From: Desulfobacteraceae bacterium
GTDB lineage: Bacteria; Desulfobacterota; DSM-4660; Desulfatiglandales; HGW-15
Direction: 5' to 3'
Assembly: GCA_041310455.1 (NCBI GenBank)
Contig: JBFYXR010000501.1
Coordinates: forward strand, 1 to 27,653
DNA length: 27,653 bases
Shown: positions 1 through 8,961 of the stretch, in pieces
Layout of the letters: each line of letters opens with the position of its first letter
How positions within the stretch are numbered: the first letter of the stretch is position 1
Made by a program: the position numbers and the translations under genes
The notes under the pieces: model-generated
Database searches by the model: none
Seen by the model: the letters and a program-made list of their open reading frames with translations, nothing else
What the model was told of the DNA's origin: nothing

Positions 1-63
1 ATTCATATAACAAGCCCATAAACCAGAAGGTCTCAAAAACCACGCACTCTGGTTATCAGGGCG

Positions 64-1539
64 TTATTTCCGGCAACGCTTATATTTTTCCACCTCATCC
101 TTCATCCAGGAGGGCCAGAACGCATAGGCAATGGGATAGCTGGCGTCGAGGGCCTGCAGAGAGCCTTCTCCGGCGACCGACCTGATGATTTCGGCTGAAT
201 TATATCTGACCTCATCTACTCCAACCAGCTTGGCAACGGCCCTGTTGATCTCATCTTCGCTCTTGTCGTAGGGGTTGCCGTTTTTAAAGGCGCGCTGCAC
301 AGCAAGTTCGTTAAGGCACTCAATGCCCCTGTGCCATTCCTTGAAGGAGGGGAAGAACATCGGGCCATAGGATATCCAGAACTCGATATATTTCGCGCCG
401 GCATTATAGACTACCCAGACAGAGCCCCCTTCGCTTACACTTCCCCTTACAATGCTGTCGTCGCCCATGGCGATATTTTTCCCCTTGAGCAGTGAATCAA
501 TACCTCCGAACTTGAGCCCGACCTCTTTTGTCCTTGTCAACCGCTCGCCTTCCTGAAAGGTTCTTACAGCCTGGGGAAGCTTTATTAGTGCAGGGAAAAG
601 GCTTTTCCCGAGCCCTTCGGCAACACCTACTGTCACGCCCCACCCTGATTCAGGGTTCGGGATTACCAGGTCGGCCCTGGAAATCTTATAGTGCTCTGCA
701 AGCTTTTTGCCGAGTTCCCTCCTGATCTGGAATATCTCCTTTCCCCTGTACAGAGAGGCGACATTGCCGAAATACACACCCTGGAAGGTGTCCGGCAGGA
801 TGGCCTCCTCCATGAGCCTCTTTCTTTCAATCCCTTTGGATGAGCATATGGTCATCTCGGCGCCGTCATACTCGCCCTCTATGAAACCGCCGAGCCTCCT
901 GTGTGAACAGGATTCGGAGCTGGCCACGAAGGTCCTGTCGATTACCCCGTAACAGAATGGTTCGAATGCCAATGAATCGTTCAATGTAATAAGGGAGCAT
1001 TCCTTTCCATCATAGATAAGGGCAGTAAGGGCGAATGTAGCTCGTCCCTTGAGCTTGTTGACCAGCCTGTACCCCGCATCAAAAGAAATGCCGTCCTCTT
1101 CAATATACCTATGCAGGAGCGCCCCGATGATCTCCGTTTTATTGCTGGTCTTGATGACATAGCCGTCTTCCAGCTCCGATCTCAGATCCCCTTCCCTCAT
1201 GAGATAGCCGTCAACGGTTAACACGACCTTATACCTGGAATTCTTGACAGGATACACCTCGATCGGCTCGGCATTATATTTTTCCGCCACGGAGCTCTTA
1301 CCATAGCCTATGTTTCCGATCGCTGCTACAGGCTCAAGGTCCTGGAATATGCCGATCAGCCTGTTGTCTATTACCTCTGCGATCCTGCCGAGACCTTTAT
1401 GGATGTAGATACCCTTTTTTGTCCCTATGGCTATCCCCGTGGTGGCCTTGCCGCGGTGCTGACATGCTCCCGTTGCAAGAAATGCCTTTGTTACCAGCTC
1501 CCTGTCTTCAGGACCATAAATCCCTACAATCCCGTCCAT
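64..1539 (-). CDS. purF: Amidophosphoribosyltransferase (PurF)-like protein with degenerate glutaminase domain and no Fe-S cysteines
   Basis: PurF layout: MDGIVG N-terminus (canonical MCGIVG), QHRG, SESC, VYF, PESG, RTF and PRPP loop GDDSIVRG. Cys1 is Asp, GHxRY is GNIGY and HNG is VDG. RBS AGAGGT lies upstream of the ATG. Confidence 0.85.
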   Translation of the reverse strand: MDGIVGIYGPEDRELVTKAFLATGACQHRGKATTGIAIGTKKGIYIHKGLGRIAEVIDNRLIGIFQDLEPVAAIGNIGYGKSSVAEKYNAEPIEVYPVKNSRYKVVLTVDGYLMREGDLRSELEDGYVIKTSNKTEIIGALLHRYIEEDGISFDAGYRLVNKLKGRATFALTALIYDGKECSLITLNDSLAFEPFCYGVIDRTFVASSESCSHRRLGGFIEGEYDGAEMTICSSKGIERKRLMEEAILPDTFQGVYFGNVASLYRGKEIFQIRRELGKKLAEHYKISRADLVIPNPESGWGVTVGVAEGLGKSLFPALIKLPQAVRTFQEGERLTRTKEVGLKFGGIDSLLKGKNIAMGDDSIVRGSVSEGGSVWVVYNAGAKYIEFWISYGPMFFPSFKEWHRGIECLNELAVQRAFKNGNPYDKSEDEINRAVAKLVGVDEVRYNSAEIIRSVAGEGSLQALDASYPIAYAFWPSWMKDEVEKYKRCRK

Positions 1540-1609
1540 GTTGTTACCTCTGCCTAGAATAATGTTTGTATCTGTTATTTTTTGCTTCAGACCTGCAGTA
1601 ACTTCGGCC

Positions 1610-1704
1610 TATAAAGCCCTCAGCTATCAGCATTCAGCTCACAGCTAATTATTGATATTTTTATTTTTTGCTGACTGCTGACTGCTGATCGCTGACAGCT
1701 GATT
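1610..1704. repeat. Inverted heptamer array (NNNCAGC x4, AT-rich spacer, GCTGANN x5), hairpin-forming intergenic element, copy 1
   Basis: TATAAAGC CCTCAGC TATCAGC ATTCAGC TCACAGC ... GCTGACT GCTGACT GCTGATC GCTGACA GCTGATT. It starts at the carB stop codon, and a related copy lies at 17164-17256. Confidence 0.8.
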
Positions 1705-4700
1705 TATTTTATATCCTCATGATAGCTCTGAAGCGACTTCACCTTCCCATGACCCTTGCGGAACGCAGCAATGCCCCTTGAGGCGGCGATGGCAGCGGCC
1801 AGTGTTGTGATGTAGGGAATCTTGTACTTGATGGCCGCCTTGCGTATATATGCATCATCATGCTTGCTCAGCTTGCCGCTCGGCGTATTCACAACCAGGT
1901 TGATCTCTCCGTTCTTTATCCCGTCTACAATATTCGGGCGGCCTTCATGCATCTTGAGAATCAGTTCGGATTCAACCCCGTTCTCGGTGAGAAATCTGTG
2001 GGTACCGTTTGTGGCCTTGATCCTGAAGCCAAGGTTCCTGAACTGCCTGGCAGGCTCCAGGACAGCAGGCCTGTCTCCTTCGCACACAGTCAAAAGCACC
2101 GTTCCACCGGCCGGCAGGACCTGCTGGGCGGCCTCTTCGGCCTTGTAATATGCAAGCCCGAAGGAATCGGCAAGCCCCAGGACCTCGCCCGTTGAACGCA
2201 TCTCAGGCCCGAGTATGGGATCAACCTCAGGGAACATGTTAAATGGAAACACCGCCTCCTTCACCCCGAAATGAGGTATGGTTTTCGGTTTTATATCAAG
2301 TTCGGAGAGCTTCTTCCCCAGCATCATCTGGGTTGCCAGACGCGCCATGGATATGTTGCACACCTTTGACACCAGGGGAACAGTCCTGGATGCCCTGGGA
2401 TTGGCCTCAAGTATGTAGACCGTGTCATTCGCAATGGCATACTGGATGTTCATGAGGCCGACAACATTCAGTTCAATGGCGATTCTCTTGGTGTACTCAT
2501 ATATGGTTTCAACATGCTTTGCGGGTATGCTCACGGGCGGTATCACGCAGGCGGAGTCTCCCGAATGTATCCCTGCCAGTTCGATATGCTCCATAACTGC
2601 CGGAACAAAGGCGTCGGTTCCATCAGCGATGGCATCCGCCTCTGCCTCTATGGCGTTCTCAAGAAATTTGTCTATGAGTATCGGCCTTTCGGGACTTACA
2701 TCCACGGCAGCCGCCACGTAGCGCCTCAGCATTTCCTCGTCGTGTATCACCTCCATGGCCCTTCCCCCGAGCACATAGGAAGGCCTCACCATAAGGGGAT
2801 ACCCTATTGTCCTGGCAACTCCCAGCGCCTCTTCCAGCGTGCTGGCCATGCCTGATTCCGGCTGGGGTATCCCGAGCTTCCTCATCTTGTGCCTGAAACG
2901 GTCCCGGTCTTCGGCAAGGTCTATCATATCAGGAGATGTACCTATGATTTTTACGCCTGCCGCTTCGAGCTCCGCCGCAATATTCAGGGGCGTCTGCCCG
3001 CCGAACTGCACTATCACGCCGTCCGGTTTCTCCTTTTCATAGATGCTCAGCACGTCCTCAACCGTAAGCGGCTCAAAATACAGCTTATCCGATGTGTCAT
3101 AGTCCGTTGACACTGTTTCCGGGTTGCAGTTGACCATTATGGACTCAAATCCCTCGTCCCTGATGGCAAAGGCCGCATGCACGCAGCAGTAGTCGAACTC
3201 TATGCCCTGGCCTATCCTGTTCGGCCCTCCTCCGAGCACCATGATCTTTTTCCTGCTGCTGGTTGAGACCTTGTCCGTAGCGTTGTACGTGGAAAAATAA
3301 TATGCAGCATTCTCAACGCCGCTCACCGGTACCGGCTCCCACCTCTCTGCAACCCCCATGGCTATTCTCTGGTCCCTGATCTTCTTTTCCTGCACATCCA
3401 GGATCTTTGCCAGGTATTTATCGGCAAAACCATCTTTTTTGGCCTGCTCAAGAAGGTCGTTCGGGATCTCCTTCCCCCTGTATTTGAAGATCTTCTTCTC
3501 CAGCTCAACCAGCTCCTTCATCTGTTCGATAAACCATTTCTTTATATGGGTCTTTTCATGAAGGAAGTCCACCTGCGCGCCTTTCTTCAAGGCCTCATAC
3601 ATTATGAACTGGCGCTCGCTCGTTGGCTCAGAAAGCAGCTCAAGAAGCTCTTCAAGGGATTTGTCCTGGAACTTTTTAACAAAGCCGAGCCCATATCTGC
3701 CGTTTTCAAGGGACCTTATCGCCTTCTGAAAGGCCTCCTTGTAATTCTTACCTATGCTCATCACCTCTCCCACGGCACGCATCTGGGTGCCCAGCTTGTC
3801 CTCCGAGCCTTCAAACTTTTCAAAGGCCCATCGGGCGAACTTGACAACCACGTAGTCCCCCCAGGGGATGTACTTCTCAAGCGTACCTTCCCTCCAGTAA
3901 GGTATCTCGTCAAGCGTCATGCCGCCTGCGAGCATGGATGATACCAGGGCTATAGGGAAGCCCGTTGCCTTGGAGGCAAGGGCCGATGATCTTGATGTCC
4001 TAGGATTGATCTCAATAACAACGACCCTGTCGGTCTTGGGGTCATGGGCAAACTGTATGTTGGTCCCGCCTATTACCCTGATGGCCTCCACTATAGAATA
4101 GGAATAATCCTGGAGCTTCTTCTGCAGCTTCGGATCTATGGTCAGCATGGGCGCGGTGCAGTAGGAATCCCCCGTATGTATGCCCATTGCGTCGACGTTT
4201 TCAATAAAGCACACCGTTATCATCTGGTTCTTGGCATCACGGACTACCTCCAGCTCAAGCTCCTCCCATCCAAGTACGGACTCTTCAATAAGGATCTGGC
4301 CGACAAGGCTGGCCGAAATCCCACGGCTTGCTATGGTCCTCAGTTCCTCCACGTTATATACAAGGCCCCCGCCTGTGCCTCCCATTGTATAGGCCGGCCT
4401 TATCACGACCGGGTATCCGAGCTTATCAGCAATCTTTTCAGCCTCTTCAACCGAATAGGCAGGCTCGCTCTTGGGCATGTCGATCCCGAGTTTGGCCATG
4501 GTCTCCTTGAATGCGATGCGGTCCTCGCCCCTCTTGATCGCATCCACTTCAACGCCTATAACCCTGACCCCGAACTCATCCAGAACGCCAGCCTCCGCAA
4601 GTTCAGAGGCCAGATTCAAACCTGTCTGCCCCCCGAGGTTAGGCAGCAGGGCATCAGGGCGCTCCTTTTCAATGATCTCTTTCATGGTCTGAAGGTTAAG

Positions 4701-4904
4701 GGGTTCAATATAGGTAAAGTCCGCCATGCCGGGATCGGTCATGATGGTTGCAGGATTGGAGTTGACAAGAACAATTTCATAGCCCAGTTTCCTAAGGGCC
4801 TTGCATGCCTGGGTCCCCGAATAATCAAATTCGCAGGCCTGGCCGATGACGATTGGTCCTGAACTGATGATCATTACCTTTTTAATGTCTTTGAGTCTGG
4901 GCAT
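1704..4904 (-). CDS. carB: Carbamoyl-phosphate synthase large subunit
   Basis: SGPIVIGQACEFDYSG, NSNPATIMTD, HTGDS, GGGPNRIGQGIEFDYCCVHA, NPETVSTDYD, two ATP-grasp domains and a C-terminal MGS domain; 1066 aa; RBS AAGAGGAG. Confidence 0.98.
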   Translation of the reverse strand: MPRLKDIKKVMIISSGPIVIGQACEFDYSGTQACKALRKLGYEIVLVNSNPATIMTDPGMADFTYIEPLNLQTMKEIIEKERPDALLPNLGGQTGLNLASELAEAGVLDEFGVRVIGVEVDAIKRGEDRIAFKETMAKLGIDMPKSEPAYSVEEAEKIADKLGYPVVIRPAYTMGGTGGGLVYNVEELRTIASRGISASLVGQILIEESVLGWEELELEVVRDAKNQMITVCFIENVDAMGIHTGDSYCTAPMLTIDPKLQKKLQDYSYSIVEAIRVIGGTNIQFAHDPKTDRVVVIEINPRTSRSSALASKATGFPIALVSSMLAGGMTLDEIPYWREGTLEKYIPWGDYVVVKFARWAFEKFEGSEDKLGTQMRAVGEVMSIGKNYKEAFQKAIRSLENGRYGLGFVKKFQDKSLEELLELLSEPTSERQFIMYEALKKGAQVDFLHEKTHIKKWFIEQMKELVELEKKIFKYRGKEIPNDLLEQAKKDGFADKYLAKILDVQEKKIRDQRIAMGVAERWEPVPVSGVENAAYYFSTYNATDKVSTSSRKKIMVLGGGPNRIGQGIEFDYCCVHAAFAIRDEGFESIMVNCNPETVSTDYDTSDKLYFEPLTVEDVLSIYEKEKPDGVIVQFGGQTPLNIAAELEAAGVKIIGTSPDMIDLAEDRDRFRHKMRKLGIPQPESGMASTLEEALGVARTIGYPLMVRPSYVLGGRAMEVIHDEEMLRRYVAAAVDVSPERPILIDKFLENAIEAEADAIADGTDAFVPAVMEHIELAGIHSGDSACVIPPVSIPAKHVETIYEYTKRIAIELNVVGLMNIQYAIANDTVYILEANPRASRTVPLVSKVCNISMARLATQMMLGKKLSELDIKPKTIPHFGVKEAVFPFNMFPEVDPILGPEMRSTGEVLGLADSFGLAYYKAEEAAQQVLPAGGTVLLTVCEGDRPAVLEPARQFRNLGFRIKATNGTHRFLTENGVESELILKMHEGRPNIVDGIKNGEINLVVNTPSGKLSKHDDAYIRKAAIKYKIPYITTLAAAIAASRGIAAFRKGHGKVKSLQSYHEDIK

Positions 4905-4981
4905 AAAAATCTCCTCTTGGAAAACCCTGTCCGGTTTTTATTAGATTTTACGGATGAACCCTCTTCCGGCAAGTTGTGAGG

Positions 4982-5009
4982 TCAGGATATCGGATTCGGG
5001 ATTCAGGAT
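4982..5009. repeat. Short heptamer tandem array (TCAGGAT-like x4) in the carB leader
   Basis: TCAGGAT ATCGGAT TCGGGAT TCAGGAT, read directly. Confidence 0.6.
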
Positions 5010-5039
5010 GAAAACAAATGAACGTTTTTTAGCTGCGCT

Positions 5040-5068
5040 AATATAGTTAAACCCCCTATTAGTGTCAA
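5040..5068 (-). promoter_or_regulatory. sigma70-type promoter for carB
   Basis: Minus strand TTGACA-N17-TATATT, with the -10 box about 135 nt upstream of the carB ATG. Confidence 0.75.
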
Positions 5069-5140
5069 GCATCTACTGTTCGCTCACGAACAATATTTTA
5101 AGAGATAGCCCCGCTGCCTCCTGAAAATTTCTGTCCGCAT

Positions 5141-5182
5141 AACGAAATTGTTTATATCAAATCTGTGACCTACATTTTTGTT
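5141..5182 (+). promoter_or_regulatory. Candidate paired enhancer sites (WAC-N6-GTW) for a sigma54 activator upstream of glnB
   Basis: AACGAAATTGTT (5141) and TACATTTTTGTT (5171) are 30 bp apart and end 79 nt before the -24 element. The same geometry occurs at glnA. Confidence 0.5.
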
Positions 5183-5231
5183 GTTTATCCCGGGATCTTG
5201 AGACCCGCGAATAAATTCATAACACATTGTA

Positions 5232-5260
5232 TTGACTTGTAATTTCCCTCACCTTATAAA
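5232..5260 (+). promoter_or_regulatory. sigma70-type promoter upstream of amt remnant-glnB-glnD
   Basis: TTGACT-N17-TATAAA, immediately abutting the sigma54 element. Confidence 0.6.
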
Positions 5261-5261
5261 A

Positions 5262-5277
5262 TGGCACAAAGGTTGCT
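5262..5277 (+). promoter_or_regulatory. sigma54 (-24/-12) promoter
   Basis: TGGCACAAAGGTTGCT is GG-N10-GC and matches the TGGCAC-N5-TTGCW consensus. It lies upstream of nitrogen genes. Confidence 0.85.
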
Positions 5278-5297
5278 ATTGATATGATCAGCAATCC

Positions 5298-5504
5298 GCA
5301 AACCCTGCCGGTTTTGCCAGACTCTTCTTCGGCAAATCCGGCCGGCTGTGGATACAATTTGTTTCTGTTGCCGCAACAATGATCTTTGCTTTTTCCATGA
5401 CTTCTATTATCCTAAAGGCTATCGATCTGTTGACAGGCCCAGGGGTATCAGAGAAGAAAGAAGGAAAAGGCATTGATATCAGCCTCCACAATGAGACCGG
5501 ATAC
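5298..5504 (+). pseudogene. amtB: C-terminal remnant of ammonium transporter Amt (last TM helix and cytoplasmic tail)
   Basis: In-frame translation ANPAGFARLFFGKSGRLWIQFVSVAATMIFAFSMTSIILKAIDLLTGPGVSEKKEGKGIDISLHNETGY matches the Amt C-terminus (NPxG..GLFFG...QL..Q...ILK..D...GLRV.EEE..G.D.S.H.E.GY). There is an in-frame stop at 5280-5282 and no N-terminal portion. It sits directly upstream of glnB. Confidence 0.8.
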
Positions 5505-5545
5505 GGTCGCCGGCGGGCAGGGATCTGTATCCCGATGGAAGATAA

Positions 5546-5911
<366 letters not shown>

Positions 5912-5967
5912 TCTGTTAAGCGGTTTCTTCACGAATGAGTGATTTATGAATAACTTTTAATGATAAA

Positions 5968-8670
5968 ATGAATAATCCATCATATCATTTGAATAAGGCC
6001 CTGCACCATAGCCCGGCCGCGCAGCTGGTTTCTGCGGGATCTCCCGTGGAAACGCTAAAGAAGGCCAGAGAGGATCTGGTTGCCGATTTTCTGGAAGGGA
6101 AGGTGTCCTTTTCCTTCCAGGAGGAGTACTCGGAGATCATGGACTATTATTTCCGCATGACTCTCCAGGAAAGCAGAGCAGGGGAAGCGCTTTTCAGGAA
6201 GGGCATACCTTTCGCGCTGGTTGCGGTGGGAGGCTACGGGCGGAATGAACTATGCCTGTATTCGGATATAGACATACTGATCCTCTTCAATAAAAACATA
6301 CCTCCCCAGGCAAAGGCCCTTGCAGAGGAGATATTTTATCCCCTCTGGGATATCGGGATGGAACTGGGTTACGGGGTCCGCACTGTTAAAGACTGCCTCT
6401 CCCTTTCAAAAGACGACTTTGAGGTCCTGACATCCCTTATAGATATACGATTTATATGCGGAGATTCACCTCTGTACCTGAAGCTGGCTGAGGAGTTCCA
6501 GAAAAAGGTTATCAGGAAAAGCGCTTCATCCTTTGTAAAGTGGCTTTATGAACTTAACAAGGTCAGGATGACGACCTTCGGAGACGCGAGCCACCTGCTT
6601 GAACCCAACCTCAAGGAAGGGATAGGAGGGCTGAGGGACTACCATCACATCCTTTGGATGGCAAAGGCCTTTCTGGATGTCAAGGAGCCTGAGGAGCTGG
6701 AGCAGCTCGCAAAATTTTCCCCGGACGAGTACAAGGATCTCAAGGATTGCGTAAGATTTATCCATCTGGTCCGCAATCATCTCCATCAGCTTTCAGGAAG
6801 GAAAAATGACCGCCTGGTTTTCGAATATCAGGAAAAGATTGCCAGGCGCCTTGGTTACAGAAACCAGCCCAAATTTCCGGCAGTCGAACAGTTCCTTGGA
6901 AGGCTTCATTCAGGCATGGAGTCCGTAAAAACCCTGCACAGGTCCTTCCTGTCAATTCATGCACCCCAACGCCGCCGGGATACTGGAAATACGACGGACA
7001 GAGAAGTATCCGGGGGCATTCATATGTCGGACAATGAGTTAAATTTTGCTTCAAACAGCCTTATCATAAATGATCCCTGCATAATGATGGAGATCTTTGA
7101 AGCCGGCTGCCGTCTCGGGCTTCCCCTTTCCCTGGAGGCAAGGAGGCAGGTTAAAAAATTCTCTTACCTCGTTGATGATGATTTCATGCGGTCTCAACGG
7201 GCCTTCAGGGCTTTTCTGAATATCATGAATGACCCCAACACTGTTGACACCCTTGACCAGATGTTTGAAACAGGATTCCTGGACGCCTATATCCCTGAAT
7301 TCGGGGCAATAAGAGACCGGGTGCAGTTTGATGCCTACCATATCTTTCCGGTCGGAAGGCATGTCCTCGAGACAGTGGCAAACCTGAAAAGCCTCCCAAA
7401 GGAAAAGGACCTGTTCCTCTTTGAAACCTTTGCCGACATTAAAAACAGTGAACACCTTTTCCTGGCAGGACTCTTCCATGATATAGGAAAGAGCGGGAAA
7501 GGGCACGCGCGCAGAGGGGCTCAAATAGCGAGAGCCATCCTTGAACGGATGGGATACCCGGAAAATTGGATTGAAGAAATTGCCTTTCATATAACCCATC
7601 ACCTCCTGCTGGCGGAGACCGCCACCCGCAGGGACCTGGACGACGAAAAAATAATCATCCATACAGCCCGGATCATAGGTGACATAGACCGGTTAAAGGC
7701 ATTATATCTTTTGACATGGGCCGATTCAAAGGCCACAGGGCCGAGGGCCTGGAACGAATGGGCAGCCAACCTGGTTCAGGATCTTTTTTTCAAGACGCTG
7801 CATATCCTTGAAAGCGGCGAACTGGCAACGCCCGATTCATCCCAGACGATCAGCAGACTGAAGGCCAGGCTCAGGCGCAGGACGGCTGAAAATATCAGTC
7901 ATGTCGATTTTGAACGTCTCTTCGATCTGATGCCCACCAGATACAAACTCAGTACCGCCTCAGCAGATATCATACGCCACATGGAGATGGTCCTCAGGTT
8001 TAAGGAAGAGGTTTCAAGGGGCGATGCCATACCATTTATCCTGGACGTCAAGGAGGATAAAACAGGCGGATTCTGGCAGGTAAGCTTCGTGGGCAGGGAC
8101 AGGCCGGGGCTTTTTTCCGATATTGCCGGCGTAATGGCCCTGAACAGCATCAATATCCTTTCTTCAAATATATATACATGGAGGAACGGCGATGCCGTTG
8201 ATATCTTCTATGTTACAAAGCCCCTTGACCGGCTTCATCCTCATGCCACATGGGAAAAGGTTGAATCCCTTTTAAAGGGGGCCTTCAGCGGGAAGATCTC
8301 CCTGGCCCAGCGTCTGGCTCAGAAGGCAGAACCTTCCGTGCTGACCGAGGCAGGAAAGCCCAGACACCCTCCCGCGGTGGTTATCGACAACCATTCCTCG
8401 GATTTTTTCACAATTATAGAGGTCTTTGCATCCGACAGGATCGGCCTGCTTTATCTCATAACACACACGCTGTTTGAGCTTGAACTGGATATCCGTATTG
8501 CAAAGATAGGCATGAAAGGAGACCAGACAGCCGACGTCTTCTATGTCCGTGACCTCGAAGGGCAAAAGGTTGAAGATGAGGGGCGGGTCAATGAGATAAA
8601 AAATTCACTTCTCTACCAGCTTTCCGGGGATAAGCAGCCCCTGAGACCCGATCAAATAGCCTCCGGCTGA
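5968..8670 (+). CDS. glnD: [Protein-PII] uridylyltransferase / uridylyl-removing enzyme
   Basis: NT motif AVGGYGRNEL..YSDIDIL, EPNLKEG.GGLRD, HD domain LFHDIGK and two C-terminal ACT domains (DRPGLF, DRIGLL). Adjacent to glnB. Confidence 0.95.
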   Translation: MNNPSYHLNKALHHSPAAQLVSAGSPVETLKKAREDLVADFLEGKVSFSFQEEYSEIMDYYFRMTLQESRAGEALFRKGIPFALVAVGGYGRNELCLYSDIDILILFNKNIPPQAKALAEEIFYPLWDIGMELGYGVRTVKDCLSLSKDDFEVLTSLIDIRFICGDSPLYLKLAEEFQKKVIRKSASSFVKWLYELNKVRMTTFGDASHLLEPNLKEGIGGLRDYHHILWMAKAFLDVKEPEELEQLAKFSPDEYKDLKDCVRFIHLVRNHLHQLSGRKNDRLVFEYQEKIARRLGYRNQPKFPAVEQFLGRLHSGMESVKTLHRSFLSIHAPQRRRDTGNTTDREVSGGIHMSDNELNFASNSLIINDPCIMMEIFEAGCRLGLPLSLEARRQVKKFSYLVDDDFMRSQRAFRAFLNIMNDPNTVDTLDQMFETGFLDAYIPEFGAIRDRVQFDAYHIFPVGRHVLETVANLKSLPKEKDLFLFETFADIKNSEHLFLAGLFHDIGKSGKGHARRGAQIARAILERMGYPENWIEEIAFHITHHLLLAETATRRDLDDEKIIIHTARIIGDIDRLKALYLLTWADSKATGPRAWNEWAANLVQDLFFKTLHILESGELATPDSSQTISRLKARLRRRTAENISHVDFERLFDLMPTRYKLSTASADIIRHMEMVLRFKEEVSRGDAIPFILDVKEDKTGGFWQVSFVGRDRPGLFSDIAGVMALNSINILSSNIYTWRNGDAVDIFYVTKPLDRLHPHATWEKVESLLKGAFSGKISLAQRLAQKAEPSVLTEAGKPRHPPAVVIDNHSSDFFTIIEVFASDRIGLLYLITHTLFELELDIRIAKIGMKGDQTADVFYVRDLEGQKVEDEGRVNEIKNSLLYQLSGDKQPLRPDQIASG

Positions 8671-8820
8671 AGCCGATTGCCCAGGGGGCCGGAGATTCAA
8701 TGGCCAGGGGAAAATCATTTCCGGATTGCCTCCATCACCCGAATCCTTTCCTTTCAGGTTTCTGTGACCGGCCAGACAATCTGCGGCCGCCCCGAATTAT
8801 GGAAAAAATGTAAGAAAAGA

Positions 8821-8857
8821 AAAAAGTGTTGCAATAAATGCCGATATTTTATATTCA
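8821..8857 (+). promoter_or_regulatory. Putative sigma70 promoter with A-tract, duplicated upstream of the paralogue (10652-10690)
   Basis: AAAAGTGTTGCAATAAATGCCGATAT aligns with AAAAGTATTGAAATAATTCGGGATAT. The -35 boxes are TTGCAA/TTGAAA and the -10 boxes at 17 bp are weak. Confidence 0.35.
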
Positions 8858-8961
8858 ATTATAAATAGTATTGATACTGAACTATTAGCGACCTTCCTGT
8901 CTGCCTTTCGGAGGGAGGTCATTAATCTTAAGCATCTTCAAACATTAAAAGGAGGTCATTT

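Noticed and set aside
4044-4862. 272-aa + strand ORF and other ORFs antisense to carB
   Set aside because: They lie entirely opposite a highly conserved gene and have no recognisable motifs, so they are treated as shadow ORFs.
4905-5039. PyrR-type attenuator in the carB leader
   Set aside because: There is no PyrR binding-loop consensus and no terminator with a U-tract, only a weak 6-bp stem at 4921-4938.
7051-7662. 203-aa minus-strand ORF inside glnD
   Set aside because: Antisense shadow ORF with no motifs.
8677-8868. 63-aa ORF after glnD with a Lys/Cys-rich tail (KKCKKRKKCCNKC)
   Set aside because: The tail is a translation of the A-tract promoter region of the next gene. There is no RBS and the Cys spacing matches no metal-binding motif I recognise.
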